A stretch of 64,000 nt of DNA from Caldisphaera sp. (GTDB lineage Archaea > Thermoproteota > Thermoprotei_A > Sulfolobales > Acidilobaceae), in assembly GCA_049971805.1 (NCBI GenBank), contig JBMFKU010000001.1, forward strand, positions 1-64,000, read 5' to 3'. The notes beneath the pieces are model-generated. The model worked only from the letters and a program-made list of their open reading frames with translations, searched no databases and was not told the DNA's origin. This document shows positions 60,028 through 64,000 of the stretch, one piece after another; the first letter of the stretch is position 1, and each line of letters begins with the position of its first letter. The translations under genes were made by a program, and so were the position numbers.

Positions 60028-60465
60028 TTATGGCACAACTAATACATCTGCGCTCATTGACTTCCCTGCTACCTTGTTTGTAACGCTTCCCAATATTAGC
60101 CTTTCGAATCTTGACAATCTTCTTCTACCCAAGACTATCAAATCGCATCCATTTGATTCAGCATAATTTACTATAGTATCACCGGGGTCTCCTGATAAAA
60201 CATCAAACCTTATCTTATATCCTTGGGATTCCAATTTGCTGGCAATTTCTGAAAGCTTTTTTCTCGATGATTCCATTATTGCCGCTGTATTAATCACATC
60301 GGGGCTTACTATTTCTCCTACTATAACAGAGGCAGGAGGAATAACTGTTACAATACATAATTCTGAATTAGACTCTTTAGATATCTCTAATGCCCTACTT
60401 AAAGCCCTTTCTCCACCCTCAGATCCATCATATCCCACTAAAATCTTCTTATACAAAATTTTCAC
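60028..60465 (-). CDS. Universal stress protein
   Basis: KILVGYDGS, GDPGDTI, DLIVLG, LGSVT; start probably GTG 60465 or TTG 60456. Confidence 0.9.
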   Translation of the reverse strand: MKILYKKILVGYDGSEGGERALSRALEISKESNSELCIVTVIPPASVIVGEIVSPDVINTAAIMESSRKKLSEIASKLESQGYKIRFDVLSGDPGDTIVNYAESNGCDLIVLGRRRLSRFERLILGSVTNKVAGKSMSADVLVVP

Positions 60466-60519
60466 ACCAATACTATAATAGAAATTCATATATATAAATT
60501 TTCACACCAACAGTATAAT
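60456..60519. repeat. 40-bp-period direct repeat over the usp start/promoter
   Basis: aaattttcacaccaa-tactataat and aaattttcacaccaa-cagtataat. Confidence 0.7.
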
Positions 60520-60520
60520 T

Positions 60521-60578
60521 GCCCAATGAGGACCGCTGCAGGTGCGAATTGATGAGCTTGGCCTGTGTTACTGAGGGC
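60521..60578 (+). ncRNA. C/D-box sRNA
   Basis: Terminal stem GCCC/GGGC, C-like AUGAGGA, D' GCGA, C' UUGAUGA, D CUGA 60571-60574. Confidence 0.7.
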
Positions 60579-60594
60579 TATTTAATAATTAAGC

Positions 60595-60652
60595 AGCTGT
60601 GATGACGTCGATATCGTCTGAAATAAATGTAGAAAATATCCCCGTCTGAGCT
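60595..60652 (+). ncRNA. C/D-box sRNA
   Basis: Terminal AGCU/AGCU, C GUGAUGA 60599-60605, 12-nt guide, D' CUGA, C'-like AUGUAGA, 12-nt guide, D CUGA 60646-60649. Confidence 0.8.
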
Positions 60653-60653
60653 T

Positions 60654-60926
60654 TTATCCTAATTTTTCCACGACTATAGTTAAATAACTGCTTTTTTTCC
60701 CTTTAACTTTTATAGAACCAATATCTGAAGAAACGATCTTTAATGATTCCCCTAGTCTGGCTTTCATTGCTTGGTAAACTTCGGCAACTTTGCAAATGTA
60801 ATCACCAGAACCTGTTAATTCTATTTGTTTAGCTCCTTTATTAAGCTCTAAAATTGCTTGAAGTGCATAATCCTCAACAGGCTCTTTGCTGACTATAATT
60901 CTGGATCTTTCTTCCACAAACTTCAC
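60654..60926 (-). CDS. Alba-family (Alba2-like) chromatin protein
   Basis: PVEDYAL...L..G...I.L.G.G..I.K..EV and DIGS...K.SYL.I; downstream of reverse gyrase. Confidence 0.75.
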   Translation of the reverse strand: MKFVEERSRIIVSKEPVEDYALQAILELNKGAKQIELTGSGDYICKVAEVYQAMKARLGESLKIVSSDIGSIKVKGKKSSYLTIVVEKLG

Positions 60927-60972
60927 CTATAATGTTATAATAATAAATAGCTTATTAAACATTGCTATTTAA

Positions 60973-63900
60973 TTAAGAACTCAAACAGCTATTTGTATTT
61001 CCTTTAAGTCTTTCAATAAAAATTTCATTATAAATCTTATTTATAAATTCTATAGGATTTAATCTATTGTTTTCAATTAAGTCAAGTTGCTCCTCTAATA
61101 ATCTGCTACTCTCTTCTGTTAAAAGATCTTTAAATATTGAGCTCATGAGATCATTGTATATTTCTATGCCAGTTTTTGTTGGTATAATATATTTTTTCTT
61201 CTGGCTTTCTATTACATATCCATGTCTTATATTAGATTCTATAACTTTTGCATAAGTGCTTGGCCTTCCTATATTTTTCTTTTTCATAAGCATTACTAAA
61301 TCTCCATTTTTATACAATTCAATTGAACTACTTTTGTAATACAATACATTTTCTAAATCTATCTCATATTCATTATTTAATTCCTTTTTAATCCAGTTTT
61401 CAATCTGAGGTTTAGTTATTAGTGAAAATCCTTCCTTTATTATATTTGTAATAAAATTTAATGACTGTTCAAGTTTTCCTATCTTAATGTTTACTTCTGC
61501 TTTTTCATATACTGAGGGTAACATTTGGCTTGCTATGAACCTTTCAAAGATCAATTGATATAATCTATAATGAAATTGAGATAATTCAACTGGAACCTTT
61601 ATGGATCTATCTAGTATAGCCTTTTCTAGATCTTGAGCTGACAATGGTCTAGTCGGCCTAATAGCTTCGTGAGCCCCCTCATCCCCCCAAGATCTAGGTT
61701 TAAAATATTGAGACAAACCTATATTATCTAAATACATCTTGGCTATTTGTATGCCAATTTGAGAAATTCTAGTTGAATCTGTTCTATGATAAGTTATTAA
61801 GCCCGAATAAAACAAATCTTGTGCGAGTTTCATGGTAAACTGGGCTGTAAATCCAAATTTTAAACTTGCATCATATATAAGAGAATCAGTTGTATATGGA
61901 GGTAAAGGATTGACTTCTTCGTTCCATATCTTGGTTGTTTTTATAATAGCTTTCTTTTCTTTAGATGCATTATCTGCTATCTCTTTATCTTTTGTAAAAT
62001 AATATATATAGCTACCGCTTGGTAATCTAACCTTTAATTTATAGCCCATGCCATTTTTGTATTGGTTGTATCTATCTATAACCCAGCCTAAAACTGGGGT
62101 TTGTACTCTACCTGCACCCAACCACAACTTGCTATATTTTGATTGTAAGTATTTGCTAGTAGAAAAACCTATCCACCTATCATCTATTCTCCTAGAAATT
62201 TGGGCATCAACTAACCCTTTTTGTATATTTCCAGGATTTCTTAGTGCTTCCATAACAGCATTTAAAGTAACTTCATGAAATGCACTTCTAGAAATATTTT
62301 TGTTGTATGGCTTTAAAGCCAAAAATAGATCCCATGAAATCTTTTCACCTTCCCTGTCTGGATCTGTCATTATTAATATTTTGTCAACTTCAGTTGCCAA
62401 TTTTTTTATGGTTTGCAATATTGATTCTGAGGTTACTATAGCATTAGACCCGCACCTAGGGCACTTATCTGTATCTTGGGTAAATTGATATCCACATTTT
62501 AAGCATCTTTTTATTGAAGTATAAATTGGACTTATAGATGAATCAAACATTTTTATCCCATAACATGAGTTATTGTCGTCTACGGCCAGTTCATATACAT
62601 GGCCCTTTGATGCAGTTATTGTTAAAAGAAAAACGGTATTTGTTTGGGGATCTACGGTTGTTGTTTCATATATGTTCAAATTACCCTCCCTTCTTCTCGC
62701 AGGTCTACCCCAAAAATTTGCTATTGTTCTTGCCTTTGTCGGGCTCTCAACAATTATCAATTCGCTTACAATATTTACCATGTTTCCTCCTTCAATTCTC
62801 CTAGTTTCTTCTATTTCTTTTATTACATTGTTTAAATCTAAATCTTTAAAATCTGTAAAATTGCTCATGCTTATCCATTTTAATCTATCTTTGATACCTT
62901 CCACTAGCTCTGGAATATTATCAATTATAACGGACAATCCTTTTGTCATATGACTATAATATAATCTACTCGTCCTCCCGCTTGCTTGCAAATATGTAGG
63001 GGCATCTGGGGAATAAAGATATAGATTTCCGTTTTCATTGCTTATTACAACTGTTCCAATTTTCAGTCTATCTCCATTATTAGGTATCAAATTTAGAACA
63101 GCATTATAGACTCTGTCAATAGAAGAATCGATTAACTCTTTGAGCGTTTTTAATATACCCTTTGCTTCCATCTCTCCTTTTAATACTGCTACAACTATGG
63201 GGGATTGCTCGCTGTACTTAGATACAAAGCTTTCAAGACTTTTTCTTAAGCTATTAAAGCTCTTATCTTTTTCTTCTAAAAACATAACAATTCTGAGTAA
63301 TCTTTGGGGTGAAAGCATTGCTGTCTTTAACTCTAGCTTTCTAGATGGCGTACCAATAAATATTGCATATCTTATTATTTCCGGTAGATCAATTCCCCTA
63401 ACTATAGTCCCATATCTGCTAGCAAGACCAATTACTATATCTGCCTGTCCTTTTTCAAGTTTTTCTATAGCTTTTCTAGAATTTGTTATAGCCTGAACTA
63501 CTTTAATTCCTTTATTATTTAATCTTTCTACCAAAGGCTTTGCTAATTTTTTTCCATAGCTCTGGGAAATAAATATTAATCCTCCCTTACCCAATCTTTC
63601 TATTAAATTTATTGTTTCTTCAATTACATTATTAGTAATCAGATAAGAATCTACTACATTTCGTAAATAATCTGTACCACCGCCTATTTCAAACCCTAGA
63701 AGTTCCCTGAATACCAGGTGTTTTATTCCCTTTGGTCTACCAGTTGCTGATGCTATAACTAGTTGACCCCTTTCTGCTTCTTCATTTGTAGAAGTTATTA
63801 AATTAACCTGCAAATTTGCTATTTCTTCTTCTAATTGCTTTCTTTTTTCTTCTCTTTTATTTGATAATGCTATAGTATAGTCAATTTTTTTCGTAACTAA

Positions 63901-64000
63901 TTTATATGCAGTTTCAACAGAACCTTCATTAAATCCTAATAAAATTAATACTCTATCAATGTTTTTGCTATTCCTTAAAAGGCTATCAACATCATCAACT
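60973..64000 (-). CDS. rgy: Reverse gyrase (5' part extends beyond the window)
   Basis: DDVD near 63990, RGIDLP, YLQASGRTSRL, IVESPTKA, DPDREGE, GRVQTP, catalytic ITYHRTDS, IGRPSTY; frame stays open to the window edge. Confidence 0.96.
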   Translation of the reverse strand, partial: VDDVDSLLRNSKNIDRVLILLGFNEGSVETAYKLVTKKIDYTIALSNKREEKRKQLEEEIANLQVNLITSTNEEAERGQLVIASATGRPKGIKHLVFRELLGFEIGGGTDYLRNVVDSYLITNNVIEETINLIERLGKGGLIFISQSYGKKLAKPLVERLNNKGIKVVQAITNSRKAIEKLEKGQADIVIGLASRYGTIVRGIDLPEIIRYAIFIGTPSRKLELKTAMLSPQRLLRIVMFLEEKDKSFNSLRKSLESFVSKYSEQSPIVVAVLKGEMEAKGILKTLKELIDSSIDRVYNAVLNLIPNNGDRLKIGTVVISNENGNLYLYSPDAPTYLQASGRTSRLYYSHMTKGLSVIIDNIPELVEGIKDRLKWISMSNFTDFKDLDLNNVIKEIEETRRIEGGNMVNIVSELIIVESPTKARTIANFWGRPARRREGNLNIYETTTVDPQTNTVFLLTITASKGHVYELAVDDNNSCYGIKMFDSSISPIYTSIKRCLKCGYQFTQDTDKCPRCGSNAIVTSESILQTIKKLATEVDKILIMTDPDREGEKISWDLFLALKPYNKNISRSAFHEVTLNAVMEALRNPGNIQKGLVDAQISRRIDDRWIGFSTSKYLQSKYSKLWLGAGRVQTPVLGWVIDRYNQYKNGMGYKLKVRLPSGSYIYYFTKDKEIADNASKEKKAIIKTTKIWNEEVNPLPPYTTDSLIYDASLKFGFTAQFTMKLAQDLFYSGLITYHRTDSTRISQIGIQIAKMYLDNIGLSQYFKPRSWGDEGAHEAIRPTRPLSAQDLEKAILDRSIKVPVELSQFHYRLYQLIFERFIASQMLPSVYEKAEVNIKIGKLEQSLNFITNIIKEGFSLITKPQIENWIKKELNNEYEIDLENVLYYKSSSIELYKNGDLVMLMKKKNIGRPSTYAKVIESNIRHGYVIESQKKKYIIPTKTGIEIYNDLMSSIFKDLLTEESSRLLEEQLDLIENNRLNPIEFINKIYNEIFIERLKGNTNSCLSS

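Overview
AT-rich archaeal chromosomal window. Reverse gyrase, PolB3, PBP2, Alba, archaeal DnaG, class II GAPDH, aIF1A-RIO1-KH and frequent TTG/GTG starts with GGTGA ribosome-binding sites point to a thermophilic Thermoproteota/Crenarchaeota member (Acidilobales/Caldisphaera-like; this is inference). Most of the window is housekeeping or metabolic genes. I saw no rRNA, tRNA or CRISPR array. The ORF track misses several features. (1) A 55-aa peptide gene with a signal-peptide-like N-terminus (52002-52169, -) lies convergent with a tandem Lrp/AsnC-type regulator, a candidate archaeal peptide-signalling module. (2) A dispersed family of ~270-bp non-coding IS607-derived elements (left end, promoter, structured core, right end) occurs at ~11.6, 29.9, 38.8 and 52.7 kb, possibly also 37.1 kb; a second tnpB-derived mini-element sits at 52.9-53.1 kb. 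These are candidate stand-alone omegaRNA cassettes. (3) A 209-aa RNase H/RuvC-YqgF-like gene apparently starts at ATT. (4) A PPP phosphatase is split by a T7 homopolymer frameshift. (5) There are at least four C/D-box sRNAs and two other structured intergenic elements. There is also a SelD-like/acylphosphatase/TusA cluster divergent from a cysteine-synthase-family gene. All family assignments are from motif recognition by eye; no searches were run.
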